DNA from: Candidatus Latescibacterota bacterium
Lineage (GTDB): Bacteria > Latescibacterota > UBA2968 > UBA8231
Reading direction: 5' to 3'
NCBI GenBank assembly: GCA_965221775.1
Contig: CBDCSU010000005.1
Span: forward strand, 1,312,001-1,376,000
Length of the DNA stretch: 64,000 bases
Shown here: one piece after another, positions 8,573 to 18,334 of the stretch
Layout: each line of letters starts with the position of its first letter
Position numbering within the stretch: position 1 is the first letter of the stretch
Notes under the pieces: model-generated
Told to the model about the DNA's origin: nothing
The model's input: the letters and a program-made list of their open reading frames with translations, nothing else
The model's database searches: none
Program-made: the position numbers and the translations under genes

Positions 8573-9798
8573 ATCCGCTCCGCGTCCGCCGCCGTCACCT
8601 CCACCGGGTTCGGGTCGAGGAGGCGGCGCACCTGCAGGGCCACCTCGACCATGCGCGGCAGGTCGTCCTCGCCGAGGCCGGCGTCGGCCAGGGTGGCGAA
8701 GGGGGTGTGGCGGCGGCGCACGCCATCGATCCAGCCGGCGGCAAGGCGCGCGCCCTCCTCGCGGCTCTTGCCCGCCAGGTCCAGCCCGGCGGCGCCGGCG
8801 GCGTAGTAGTACTTGTCGGCCGCCGCCGGGGCGTTGTGCTCCATCACCCCCGGCAGGACCAGGGCCACCGCCGTGCCGTGGGGCACGGGACGGCCCTTCT
8901 CGTGGGAGAGCTTCTCGATGCCGTAGCCGAGGGCGTGGGCGGCGCCGGTGTTGATCGGGCTCAGCAGCAGGCCGGCCAGCAGGCTGCAGCGGCACATCTG
9001 GAGGCGCGCCTCGGGGTCGGCGGCGCCGTTGGCGATGGCCCGAAGCAGGTGGGGCATCCCCGCCGCCAGGGAGGCGCGGGCCACGGCGTCGCCCAGGGGG
9101 CCGCTCTTCTTCGAGGCCGTGCACTCCAGGGCGTGACCGAGGGCGTCGAGACCGGTGGTAGCCGTCAGGGCCGGGGGCATGTCCGCCGACAGGCGCGGGT
9201 CGACGATGGCGCCGGCGGGGTGGAGGTGCTCGGAGTAGACGGCCTGCTTGCCACCCTCGGCGACGACCACGGAGACGCAGCTCGCCTCGGCGCCGGTGCC
9301 GGCGGTGGTGGGCAGGCAGATCAGCGGCTGCAACGGCCCCCGCTCGAAGAGGTCGAAGCCGAAGTAGGCGGCGGTAGACCCGCCGTTGGCGGCCACGCAC
9401 AGACCGACCTTGGCGGTGTCCATGGTGCTGCCGCCGCCGATGGCGACCACCGCCTCGGCGCCGCTGCGGTCAGCTGCTTCGGCCAGGGCGTCGACGGAGG
9501 CCACCGTCGGGTTGGGCACGATCCCGGTAAAGGTGGCGGCCACGCGCAGGCCGGCCTCCTCCAGCCCCTTCACCACCGACGCCGCCACCGCCTCCAGGGC
9601 GGCGTCGCGGACGACCATCACCGACCCGGCGCCGAGGCGCCGGCACTCCTCCGGCAACCGCGCCGCCGCCCCCTCCCCGAGCAGCAGCCGCCGCCGCTCG
9701 AAGCGGAACATCTCCCTCATCTCCCCCCTCCGCCCGGGGGCGGCGAAGTACTCCTCGGGCTCCAGCAACTGCTCGTTCACCAGCGGTTCCGTGCTCAC
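8551..9798 (-). CDS. Iron-containing alcohol dehydrogenase
   Basis: AIGGGSTMDTAK, LPTTAGTGAE, GLDALGHALE, AAHALGY, VPHG. Confidence 0.9.
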   Translation of the reverse strand: MSTEPLVNEQLLEPEEYFAAPGRRGEMREMFRFERRRLLLGEGAAARLPEECRRLGAGSVMVVRDAALEAVAASVVKGLEEAGLRVAATFTGIVPNPTVASVDALAEAADRSGAEAVVAIGGGSTMDTAKVGLCVAANGGSTAAYFGFDLFERGPLQPLICLPTTAGTGAEASCVSVVVAEGGKQAVYSEHLHPAGAIVDPRLSADMPPALTATTGLDALGHALECTASKKSGPLGDAVARASLAAGMPHLLRAIANGAADPEARLQMCRCSLLAGLLLSPINTGAAHALGYGIEKLSHEKGRPVPHGTAVALVLPGVMEHNAPAAADKYYYAAGAAGLDLAGKSREEGARLAAGWIDGVRRRHTPFATLADAGLGEDDLPRMVEVALQVRRLLDPNPVEVTAADAERIYRGVLA

Positions 9799-9871
9799 CT
9801 TCCTCCTCCTTTCCCTGCCGATCCCCGGCGCCTATACTCGCCGTGCTCACCCCCTCGCAGGAGCTGACCCC

Positions 9872-10627
9872 ATGACCGTCACCACCACCGACTTGGCCGC
9901 CGCCTATCAGCGCGACGGCTTCGTCACCCGCCTCGACATCTTCACCGAGCCCGAGATCGCCGCCTTCCGGGACCAGTTCGACGAGCTCGAGGCCCGCGAA
10001 GGCCGGGAGAAGTGCCAGATCGGCCTCCAGGGCCGCCACTTCGACGACGAGTTCATCTGGCAGATGGCCTCAGACCCCCGCATCGTCGAATCGATGGCCG
10101 CCTGCATGGGCGGCGACATCATGCTGCTGTCCACCCACTTCTTCTGCAAGTACCCCGACCCCGACTCGACGAAGTTCGTCGCCTGGCACCAGGACATCAC
10201 CTACTGGGGGCTGGAGCCGCCCGAGGCCCACACCGCCTGGATCGCCGTGGACGACGCCGACGTGGAGAACGGCTGCATGCAGGTCATCCCCGGCTCCCAC
10301 CGCGACGGCATCGCCGAGCACGGCACCGCGGAGCGCGGCGGCAACCTGCTGAGCATCAACCAGGAGATCCCCGACGAGCTGGTCGACTCCAGCCAGGCCG
10401 TGCCGCTGGAGCTGAGGGCCGGGCAGATCTCCATCCACAACGGCCAGCTCTTCCACGCCAGCCAGCCGAACAACTCGCAGCGGCGGCGCTGCGGCCTCAC
10501 GGTGCGCTACATCCCGCCCGAGGCGCGCCAGGTGCGCCCCAACTCGGTGGGCCTCTCGTGGCGGCCGGTCCTGCTGCGGGGCGAGGACGCCTTCCACCAC
10601 TACCCCGACACGCCGGCACCCTTCTGA
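9872..10627 (+). CDS. PhyH-family dioxygenase
   Basis: AWHQD, WIAVDDADVENGCMQVIPGSH, IHNGQLFHAS. AGGAG RBS. Confidence 0.9.
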   Translation: MTVTTTDLAAAYQRDGFVTRLDIFTEPEIAAFRDQFDELEAREGREKCQIGLQGRHFDDEFIWQMASDPRIVESMAACMGGDIMLLSTHFFCKYPDPDSTKFVAWHQDITYWGLEPPEAHTAWIAVDDADVENGCMQVIPGSHRDGIAEHGTAERGGNLLSINQEIPDELVDSSQAVPLELRAGQISIHNGQLFHASQPNNSQRRRCGLTVRYIPPEARQVRPNSVGLSWRPVLLRGEDAFHHYPDTPAPF

Positions 10628-11595
10628 TGGCACGCTACGACCGCATGACCGTCCTCGGCGCCATGGGCGACATCGGCGTCGTGCCCGTGTTCTACAACAA
10701 GGACCCGCAGACCGCCATCGACATCATCAAGGCCTGCGCCGACGGCGGCGCCCGCTGCGTCGAGTTCACCAACCGCGGCGACCTGGCGTGGAAGGTCTTC
10801 GTCGAGGCCATGGAGCGCATCGTGGCCGAGGACCTGGACATCATCCTGGGAGTGGGATCCATCGTCGACGCGCCCACGGCGGGCCTCTACATCTCCAGCG
10901 GCGCCGACTTCGTCGTCGGCCCCCTCCTCAACCCCGAGGTCGCCCGCCTCTGCAACCGCCGCAAGATCGCCTACTCCCCCGGCTGCGGCACCGTCTCCGA
11001 GATCGCCCAGGCCGAGGAGTTGGGGGTGGAGATCGTCAAGGTCTTCCCCGCCGGCGAGGTGGGGGGCCCTGCCTTCGTCAAGTCCGTCCTCGGCCCCTGC
11101 CCGTGGACGCGCATCATGCCCACCGGCGGCGTCGACGCCACCCGCGAGAGCCTGGAGGCCTGGTTCGCCGCCGGCGTCGCCTGCGTCGGCATCGGCTCCA
11201 ACCTGGTGACGCGGGAGATCGTGGCCAGCGGCGACTACGCCGGCCTCACGGCCAGGGTGAGGCAGGTCGTCGCCTGGATCGAGGAGATCCGCGCCGGCCT
11301 CGGCCAGCAGCCCTCCCCGCGATCGTTGAACGCGAAGGGGACGGATACGCAACAGGGGACGATCACATTACAGGCTTCGGAGGACATTGCCGCGGTCATA
11401 GAGTACTGTCGGCGGAGAGGAGGTCGGCCGCTCAATGAGGTCGTGCGCGAAGCCTTCAAGAAGGTTGCCGATGGCCGGGGACTTAAGTCCCCTGGAACGA
11501 TTGAGGATTCGTGTACCCGCCGCATTGGACTAACAGGTCCAGGTGCATTCGACCGCTTCGTGGGTATGGTTGGGGATAGACTCGGTAGTGACTAA
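10627..11595 (+). CDS. eda: KDPG/KHG aldolase with an anomalous C-terminal extension
   Basis: VEFTNRG, GVGSIVDAPTA, YSPGCGTVSEI, VKVFPA, IMPTGGV. Homology ends near WIEEIR and about 100 unrelated residues follow. Confidence 0.85.
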   Translation: MARYDRMTVLGAMGDIGVVPVFYNKDPQTAIDIIKACADGGARCVEFTNRGDLAWKVFVEAMERIVAEDLDIILGVGSIVDAPTAGLYISSGADFVVGPLLNPEVARLCNRRKIAYSPGCGTVSEIAQAEELGVEIVKVFPAGEVGGPAFVKSVLGPCPWTRIMPTGGVDATRESLEAWFAAGVACVGIGSNLVTREIVASGDYAGLTARVRQVVAWIEEIRAGLGQQPSPRSLNAKGTDTQQGTITLQASEDIAAVIEYCRRRGGRPLNEVVREAFKKVADGRGLKSPGTIEDSCTRRIGLTGPGAFDRFVGMVGDRLGSD

Positions 11596-11670
11596 CCCTC
11601 TCCCACCCTGCAGGAGATGGCATGACCAGACAGCTGACCGCGATCGTTGAACGCGAAGGGGATGGATACG
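11317..11670 (+). repeat. 33-bp direct repeat (11317-11349 and 11638-11670, one mismatch)
   Basis: CCGCGATCGTTGAACGCGAAGGGGA(C/T)GGATACG present twice. Confidence 0.9.
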
Positions 11671-11805
11671 TCGCCCTGTGCCCCGAACGGGACATCGCCA
11701 GCCAGGGCGACACCGTGGCCGAAGCGCGGGACAACTGCGCCGCGAGGTCTACGTGACCCAGGTCGAGATCGCCGTTGGCTGAGTTGCGTGCTCTGTCGGG
11801 ACGTG
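11622..11805 (+). pseudogene. Decayed hicB-hicA toxin-antitoxin pair
   Basis: MTRQLTAIVEREGDGYVALCPERDIASQGDTVAEARDN (HicB-like) then a frameshift to LRREVYVTQVEIAVG*. It is followed by only the first residues of a HicA-like ORF (MAELRALSGR). Confidence 0.7.
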
Positions 11806-12514
11806 GGGGCCGAGCGGTGAGGAGGTCGCCCGGCCCCGGACGACGCCAGGACGTCGTACAACGACGGCCGAAGCTGATCGACCGTGAACTCGCCGTCTGC
11901 GTCCGGGACCCGCTCCTTGGCGTCCCGGATCGCGACCAACCAGATCGTGGCTCCCACCTTGCAGGAACGGCGGGTGTTCATCTGTGGGCCTTTGCGTCTC
12001 CCCAGACAGCTCGAGTGACGGCGGTCACGTCATCCTCGGTCCTCTCGGAGAAGGTCGCCGTCATCGTGACCTGCTCGGGGCAGAAGTCGGCGCAGCCCGG
12101 CGTGAGGAGTGCGGTGGCGTCGGCTTGCCATGTGTCCACGAGGGGAGAAGCCAGGATCCCAGTGGGCAGGCAGCAGGCGACGAACAGGGGCAGGAGCTTC
12201 TTCATGGGAGCCTCCCTATTTGGAAGAGAAAACGATTGGCCGGGCTCTCCGTCTACGCATCGGCGCTCTCGACAGCCGTCCAAGCGAGAGTCATCCACAC
12301 CGCGTCCGGCGCCGAGGGCGCCTACTGCGCTGGCGGTCCCGGAGAGTAGAACCACCAGCGTCCGGCTCAGGGCTCGGGGAATCATCGGGCTCTCACCGGG
12401 AGCGCCCACGCCGTGACAGCGATCACCATCGCCAATAGCATCAACAACTCCTCCCTTGGCCCCATTCAACCCTTGTCTTGTGAAGAAGATCGCAACGGAC
12501 ACAGCGTGGCCGGT

Positions 12515-12579
12515 ATCACCTGATCGGGTGATTCCTGGTCACCCGATCGGGTGATTTTTCGTCACCTGATCGGGTGATT
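12515..12579. promoter_or_regulatory. Three phased palindromic boxes TCACCYGATCGGGTGA, 23-bp period
   Basis: Copies start at 12516, 12539 and 12562; the middle one is a perfect 16-bp palindrome. They lie immediately downstream of a NarL-type regulator gene. Confidence 0.75.
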
Positions 12580-12767
12580 GCGATCTGCCTCCCGATGACC
12601 GCGCACCAAGGGGATCTTCCCTCACCGAGTGGGAGACGGGCATCCACCAGCTTCGCCGCCAGCCGGAAACCTGGTGCGGCTTGGCCTGCAGTCGCCCGTG
12701 GTGCTGGCCGTGCTCTCGTGGGGATGGCGGGACCGGGAGCCAGGAGCCCCCGGGCGCCGAAGGGGAA

Positions 12768-13397
12768 TTACAGCGAGGTGAGCCCTGTCCTGATGGCGTA
12801 CTTGGTCAACTCGGCGATGCTGTGCCTGTCGAGCTTGTGCATGATGTGCTGGCGGTGGGTGTGTATGGTATTCTCGCTCAGGTTCAGGGCCTCGCCGATC
12901 TCCCGAGTCGTCCTGCCCTCGCTGATGAGCCGCACCACCTCGCGCTCTCGCTCCGACAGTTCCGCCTCCCCGGCCAGGCTCTGCACGTGGTCGTACACGG
13001 CTCCGGCCAGTTCCGGGCTCAGGTAGGTGCGGCCGGCCAGGGCCGACCGGATCGCCTTCAGCAACTCGACGGCGGCCTCCTCTTTCAGCACGTACGCCGA
13101 GGCGCCCGCCTCCAGCATGCCGGCCACGTATTGCTGGTCGGCGTGGACCGACAGGGCCACCACCTTCACCCCCGGGGCGTGGGCCAGCACCTGCCTCGTC
13201 GCTTCGACTCCGCTCAGATCCGGGAGGGCGACGTCCATGACCACAACCTCCGGCTTGCATGCGGCCATCACCTCGATCGCCTGCCGGGCGGTCTCCGCCT
13301 CGCCGACTACCTCGAACTCGCTGTCCTTGGCGAAGAGCGCGCGCAGCCCGTCGCGCACCAGCTCGTGATCATCCACCAGCGCCACGCGCGTCGTCAT
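12768..13397 (-). CDS. NarL/FixJ-family response regulator (REC + LuxR HTH)
   Basis: VALVDDH, VVMDVALP, LSEREREVVRLISEG...LSENTIHTHRQHIMHKL. Confidence 0.93.
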   Translation of the reverse strand: MTTRVALVDDHELVRDGLRALFAKDSEFEVVGEAETARQAIEVMAACKPEVVVMDVALPDLSGVEATRQVLAHAPGVKVVALSVHADQQYVAGMLEAGASAYVLKEEAAVELLKAIRSALAGRTYLSPELAGAVYDHVQSLAGEAELSEREREVVRLISEGRTTREIGEALNLSENTIHTHRQHIMHKLDRHSIAELTKYAIRTGLTSL

Positions 13398-13408
13398 CGA
13401 GAGCCTCT

Positions 13409-14482
13409 CTACCGCCCCGCCCCGGGAACCCTCAGCTGGCAGCGGGTCCCCCGGCCCGGTGTCGATTCGATGTGGAAGGAGCCGCCCGCCTGGGTCATGC
13501 ACTCCCGGATGCTGAACAGGCCGAAACCGAACCGGTGCCGGATGCCCTCGGGATGGGGGTCGAAGCCCCGGCCGCTGTCCTCCACGACCACGCTCAGCTC
13601 GGTCCCCTCGCGGAGCAAGGCGACACCCGCCGCGTCCGTGCCGGCGTGCCGGGTGACGTTCAGCAGCAACTCGCGAATGCAGCGGTAGAGCGAGGCGCGC
13701 AGATCCTTGTCCGGGACCTCGCAGTCCCCCTCGCTCTCGATACGCACCCGCAGACCCAGCTCCTCTTCGAGTTTCCCGGCCAGCGATTGCAGTCCGGGGA
13801 CCAGCCCGAGGTCATGAAGCACGGGGGGGCTGAGGTCGGATATCAGGGAGCGCACGTCATCGTTCATCTGGTCGAGCAGCCCGTGCAGGTCATCGAGAAG
13901 GACCTGACGCTCGCCGTCCCCGGCGGCCTGGCGCAGCGCCTCGACCTTGATCTGCGACACGGCCAGGATCTGCCCGATGCGGTCGTGCAGATCAAGGGCG
14001 ATGCGGCGCCGCTCGCGGTCTTCGATCACCACGAGCTCGGTGGCCAGCGAGCGCAACTGGTCATGGTACTCGCGCCGCTCCCGCTCCAGCTGCTTGCGCT
14101 CGCTGATGTCGCGGACGATGCCCTGGTAGCCGCTGACGCTGCCGTCGGGAGCGCGCCGCACGACGGTGGTCATCAGGCAGTCGAGCCGCCGCCCATCGCG
14201 GGTGACGCAGACGACTTCGAAGTCGCGGACGTAGCCCTCGCGCTCGATCTGTTCCTGGAAGCGCGCACGGTCCTCGGCATTGGCGTAGATGCGGCGGACA
14301 TTCATGCCGATGAAGTCGGCATGGGGCCAGGCGAACAGCTCGCTGGCCGCGTGGTTGGCGTCGAGAATGACCCCGTCCCGCTCGATGATCACTATGGCGT
14401 CGTGCGACTCTTCGAACAGCTCCCGGTACTGCTCCTCGCTCAGCCGCGGGGACGTCACCCCGGCGGTCCCCCGGTTGCTCAT
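13409..14482 (-). CDS. PAS-domain sensor histidine kinase (HisKA_3)
   Basis: PAS/PAC domain (GIVRDISERK), ERRRIALDLHDRIGQ H-box, VEDSGRGFD, GFGLFSIRE. Confidence 0.92.
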   Translation of the reverse strand: MSNRGTAGVTSPRLSEEQYRELFEESHDAIVIIERDGVILDANHAASELFAWPHADFIGMNVRRIYANAEDRARFQEQIEREGYVRDFEVVCVTRDGRRLDCLMTTVVRRAPDGSVSGYQGIVRDISERKQLERERREYHDQLRSLATELVVIEDRERRRIALDLHDRIGQILAVSQIKVEALRQAAGDGERQVLLDDLHGLLDQMNDDVRSLISDLSPPVLHDLGLVPGLQSLAGKLEEELGLRVRIESEGDCEVPDKDLRASLYRCIRELLLNVTRHAGTDAAGVALLREGTELSVVVEDSGRGFDPHPEGIRHRFGFGLFSIRECMTQAGGSFHIESTPGRGTRCQLRVPGAGR

Positions 14483-14575
14483 CGCTGGACTCCTGAAGAT
14501 CTCCGGTTCACACAAGTTCAAGGTACGTGAAGATCCCGTGCGGATTCCAGAGCCAAGCTCTTGCTGCCCGGCCTA

Positions 14576-14595
14576 ACATCAATAAATCTTGATAT
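14576..14595. promoter_or_regulatory. Putative SahR operator
   Basis: ACATCAA-TAAATC-TTGATAT inverted repeat in an AT-rich patch upstream of the ArsR-methyltransferase gene. Confidence 0.65.
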
Positions 14596-14662
14596 ATAGC
14601 TTCATCTGATCTACATTCAGCCTCCCGCCTCAGGGACCCCCAGCCCACCCCCCCGAATCCCC

Positions 14663-15592
14663 GTGCCCGAGCTGCTCCAGATCCACAAGGCCCTCGCCGA
14701 CGAGACGCGCCTGCGCCTGATGCGCCTGCTGGCGCGGGGGCCGCTGAACGTCAACGAGATCCTGGGCATCCTGCGCATGGGCCAGAGCCGGGTCTCGCGC
14801 CACCTGCGCATCCTGGCCGAGGCGGGGCTGGTCACCAGCCGCCGCGAGGGCACCTGGATCTACTACGAGCGCGTCTCCGAGAGCGGATCCCCGCTGGTGA
14901 GCGACACCCTGGCGCTGCTGGACGGCCACGAGCGCGGCCTGCCCCACTACGAGGCCGACGTGCAGCGACTGGAGACCGCCGTGGAGCGCCGCCGCGAGCA
15001 GACGCGCAGCTTCTTCGACAGCCTCTCCCCCGGCGACGAGCTGCGCCACCGCTCCCTCGACGGCACCTACTACCGGCGGGTGGCGCTGTCGGTCCTGCCC
15101 GCGGAGGCCGGGACCATCCTCGACCTCGGCACCGGCTCGGGCCTGATGCTCCCCGGCCTGCTGGAGCGCGCCGGGCGGGTCATCGCCGTCGACTCCAGCA
15201 CCACCATGCTCGACCTGGCGCGCAAGTCGGCGGGCGACGAGGCCCACCGGTGCGACTTCCGCCTCGGCGACCTGGAGCACCTGCCGGTGGCCGACGGCGA
15301 GGCCGACGCGGTGCTGGCGTGCATGGTGCTGCACCACGTTTCGGCGCCCCCCCAGGCGCTCGAGGAGGCGCACCGGGCCCTGGCCGCCGGCGGCGAGCTG
15401 GCGCTGATCGACCTGGCCCCGCACACGGACGAGAGTCTGCGCGACCAGCTCGCCGACCTGTGGCTGGGGTTCCAGCCGGACCAACTGCGCCGCTGGCTCG
15501 AGGCGGCCGGCTTCGAGGTGATCGAGGCCGGCACCACCGCACCGGATTCGGAAGCCCTTCAACTCATCACATTCAGAGGACGGAAACCATGA
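14663..15592 (+). CDS. sahR: ArsR HTH + SAM-methyltransferase-domain regulator (SahR-like)
   Basis: [10 protein letters not shown]...[26 protein letters not shown]-binding motif. Stop overlaps the ahcY start. Confidence 0.85.
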   Translation: MPELLQIHKALADETRLRLMRLLARGPLNVNEILGILRMGQSRVSRHLRILAEAGLVTSRREGTWIYYERVSESGSPLVSDTLALLDGHERGLPHYEADVQRLETAVERRREQTRSFFDSLSPGDELRHRSLDGTYYRRVALSVLPAEAGTILDLGTGSGLMLPGLLERAGRVIAVDSSTTMLDLARKSAGDEAHRCDFRLGDLEHLPVADGEADAVLACMVLHHVSAPPQALEEAHRALAAGGELALIDLAPHTDESLRDQLADLWLGFQPDQLRRWLEAAGFEVIEAGTTAPDSEALQLITFRGRKP

Positions 15593-16938
15593 GCAAGACC
15601 GCGACCCCCGCACGCAGGACCCGCAAGGCGAAAGGCCGGAACGGGAGCGCCGGGGACTTCAAGGTGGCCGACATCGGCCTGGCCGGATGGGGCCGCAAGG
15701 AGATCCGCCTGGCCGAGCGCGAGATGCCGGGCCTGATGGCCCTGCGCGAGGAGTACGGCGAGGAGAAGCCGCTGAAGGGGGCGCGCATCGCCGGATCGCT
15801 GCACATGACGATCCAGACGGCGGTCCTCATCGAGACGCTGCAGGCCCTCGGCGCCAAGGTGCGCTGGTGCTCGTGCAACATCTTCTCCACCCAGGACCAC
15901 GCGGCGGCGGCGATCGCCGCCACGGGCACCCCGGTCTTCGCCTGGAAGGGGGAGACGGAGAAGGAGTACTGGTGGTGCACGGACCAGACCCTGAACTGGC
16001 CCGGCGGCCTCGGGCCCAACATGATCCTCGACGACGGCGGCGACCTGACCAACTGGGTCCACGACGAGCGCCCCGAGCTGCTGCCCGAGATCCGCGGCAC
16101 CTCGGAGGAGACGACCACCGGCGTCCACACCCTCTACCGGCGCCTGGAGCAGGGCGAGCTGAAGATCCCGGCGATCAACGTCAACGACTCGGTGACGAAG
16201 TCGAAGTTCGACAACCTCTACGGCTGCCGGGAGTCGCTCCTCGACGGCATCAAGCGCGCCACCGACATCATGACCGCGGGCAAGACCGTGGTCGTCGCCG
16301 GGTACGGCGACGTGGGCAAGGGCTCGGTGGGCTCCATGAAGGGCTTCGGCGCCCGCGTCATCGTCACCGAGGTCGATCCGATCTGCGCCCTGCAGGCGGC
16401 GATGGAAGGCCTGGAGGTGATGCCGATGAAGCAGGCGGCGAGAGAGGGGGACATCTTCGTCACCACTACCGGCTGCCGCGACGTCATCACCATCGAGCAC
16501 ATGAAGGCGATGAAGGACGGCGCCATCGTCTGCAACATCGGCCACTTCGACGTGGAGATCCAGGTGGAGGCGCTGCAGAAGTTCCCCGGCATCCGGCACA
16601 CGGAGATCAAGCCCCAGGTCGACGAGTACACCTTCCCCGACGGCCACTCGATCCTGCTGCTGGCCGAGGGCCGGCTGGTCAACCTCGGCTGCGCCACCGG
16701 CCACCCTTCATTCGTGATGTCCATGTCGTTCTGCAACCAGGTGCTGGCCCAGATCGAGCTGTACAACCGCGAGCACGAGGTCGGCGTCTACCGCCTGCCC
16801 AAGAAGCTGGACGAGCAGGTGGCGCGGCTGCACCTGAAGAAGCTGGGGATCCGGCTCGACCGCCTGAACCGCGGCCAGGCGGGCTACCTGGGGATCAAGG
16901 CGGGAGGGCCGTACAAGCCGGAGCACTACAAGTACTAG
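15589..16938 (+). CDS. ahcY: S-adenosyl-L-homocysteine hydrolase
   Basis: [57 protein letters not shown]. Confidence 0.98.
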   Translation: MSKTATPARRTRKAKGRNGSAGDFKVADIGLAGWGRKEIRLAEREMPGLMALREEYGEEKPLKGARIAGSLHMTIQTAVLIETLQALGAKVRWCSCNIFSTQDHAAAAIAATGTPVFAWKGETEKEYWWCTDQTLNWPGGLGPNMILDDGGDLTNWVHDERPELLPEIRGTSEETTTGVHTLYRRLEQGELKIPAINVNDSVTKSKFDNLYGCRESLLDGIKRATDIMTAGKTVVVAGYGDVGKGSVGSMKGFGARVIVTEVDPICALQAAMEGLEVMPMKQAAREGDIFVTTTGCRDVITIEHMKAMKDGAIVCNIGHFDVEIQVEALQKFPGIRHTEIKPQVDEYTFPDGHSILLLAEGRLVNLGCATGHPSFVMSMSFCNQVLAQIELYNREHEVGVYRLPKKLDEQVARLHLKKLGIRLDRLNRGQAGYLGIKAGGPYKPEHYKY

Positions 16939-17001
16939 ACCAAGGCCGGCAATGGCCACGTGCGGCCGGTCCTGGCGAAAGCGGCCTGGAGCTATCGCTT
17001 C

Positions 17002-17382
17002 TCACTTCGCGGCGCTGCATTCGCCGCATCGTCCATAGAGCGTGATCTCGTGCTCTTCGACCTCCCAACCCGGCGGCGCCAGCTCCGCCATCTCTCCCGG
17101 GCATTCGTGGATATCGAAGGCTTCCTCGCACTCACGACAGAGAAAGTGGTGATGATGACCGCGGTCGGTCGGCTCGTAGCGCACATCATTGACGCCCAGG
17201 TCCACCGCCCGCACTTCATCGGCGTCTTGCAGGCGCCTGAGCTGCCGATAGACCGTTGCAATGCCCAGCGTTGGCACTATGCGGGACGCGAGGGCGAGGA
17301 TTTCCAAGGGGCGAAGTGGGCCGGGGGCGTCGCGAACAACCCTCACGATGGCGCTGCCTTGGCTGGTGCGTCTGTTGCTCAT
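17002..17382 (-). CDS. Fur-family (Zur-like) metalloregulator
   Basis: LGIATVYRQL, HHHHFLCREC, LYGRCGEC. Confidence 0.9.
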   Translation of the reverse strand: MSNRRTSQGSAIVRVVRDAPGPLRPLEILALASRIVPTLGIATVYRQLRRLQDADEVRAVDLGVNDVRYEPTDRGHHHHFLCRECEEAFDIHECPGEMAELAPPGWEVEEHEITLYGRCGECSAAK

Positions 17383-17545
17383 GAGGATTTCTCCTGACAG
17401 CGGCGGCCTGGGGTGGGTGACTGCATGTCTGTCTGACCGCAGCAACAGCCTTCGCAGAACACGATCTGCCCAAGAACGTGGCTTCGTGCCGTAACCAGGG
17501 CTCCGTGCCTGCTGAGCGTCTCGTCGATGCGTTGAGTCTGAGCAT

Positions 17546-18334
17546 TCATGGGCGTCCTTCTTTGGCCGCTGGATGACGCGATCTACGCCGGTACGTCCTC
17601 AGCTTCACATAGGCGGGGCGGATGATGAAACCCGTTATCGCCAACGCCAGGAGGGCGCTGCTCAGCACGTCCACGTAGATCCACTCACCCTCGGGGCCGA
17701 AGAGGGCCTGGCCGGTGTGCAGGTCCAGGACCAGCTTGCTGAAGCTGACGACCTCGGGAAGGGGAGCTGCCACCATGGTTGCATTCACGGCGGTCAGCTC
17801 CGTCCAGGTCGCGCCCAGGTCCGCGGTGACGAAGAGGCCGTTGCTGCCCTGGATGTGGACGATGCGACCATCTTCGGCAAAGGTTGCTGCCCCCCTGAAG
17901 TTGGAGATGCGCTTCCACTGCTCCGCCTCGAAGAGCCAGGTGCTTTCCCGCGTGCCCACCAGGATGCGCTCTCCCTGTTGATCGATGTTGAAAATGTCCA
18001 GGCCCTTCAGTTCCGGAACACTGCGGTAGTCGCTCCCACTCAGGTGAAGCAGCCCTTTGCGCGTGCCGATGTACACCTCTTCGCCGCCGGTGAGCAGAGC
18101 ACACTTGATCTGTCCCAGGTGGCTCCCGGGGGTAGAGTATCCGGGGAACCAGCGGCTGGGCACTCCGACGCTGCCCAGGCCCCAGCCACTGAGATGCTCC
18201 AGCAGTATGGCGGTCACGCACACGAGTATCGTGAAGACGATCGCGAAGATGGAGGTCCAGGCATGCCAGCGGCGCACCCCTTTCTTGTAACGTCCCTTCA
18301 CCTGTCGGCGATCGCGGGTCCTCAAAGGATGCAC
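17546..18334 (-). CDS. PepSY-associated TM-helix domain protein
   Basis: RRWHAW...VTAILLEH N-terminal helix, LDLHTG, C-terminal TM ending ITG. Confidence 0.75.
   Translation of the reverse strand: MHPLRTRDRRQVKGRYKKGVRRWHAWTSIFAIVFTILVCVTAILLEHLSGWGLGSVGVPSRWFPGYSTPGSHLGQIKCALLTGGEEVYIGTRKGLLHLSGSDYRSVPELKGLDIFNIDQQGERILVGTRESTWLFEAEQWKRISNFRGAATFAEDGRIVHIQGSNGLFVTADLGATWTELTAVNATMVAAPLPEVVSFSKLVLDLHTGQALFGPEGEWIYVDVLSSALLALAITGFIIRPAYVKLRTYRRRSRHPAAKEGRP

Noticed and set aside
12515-12579. Possible mini-CRISPR array
   Set aside because: Repeats are 16-18 bp with only 5-7 bp between them, and no cas genes are present. An operator array fits better.
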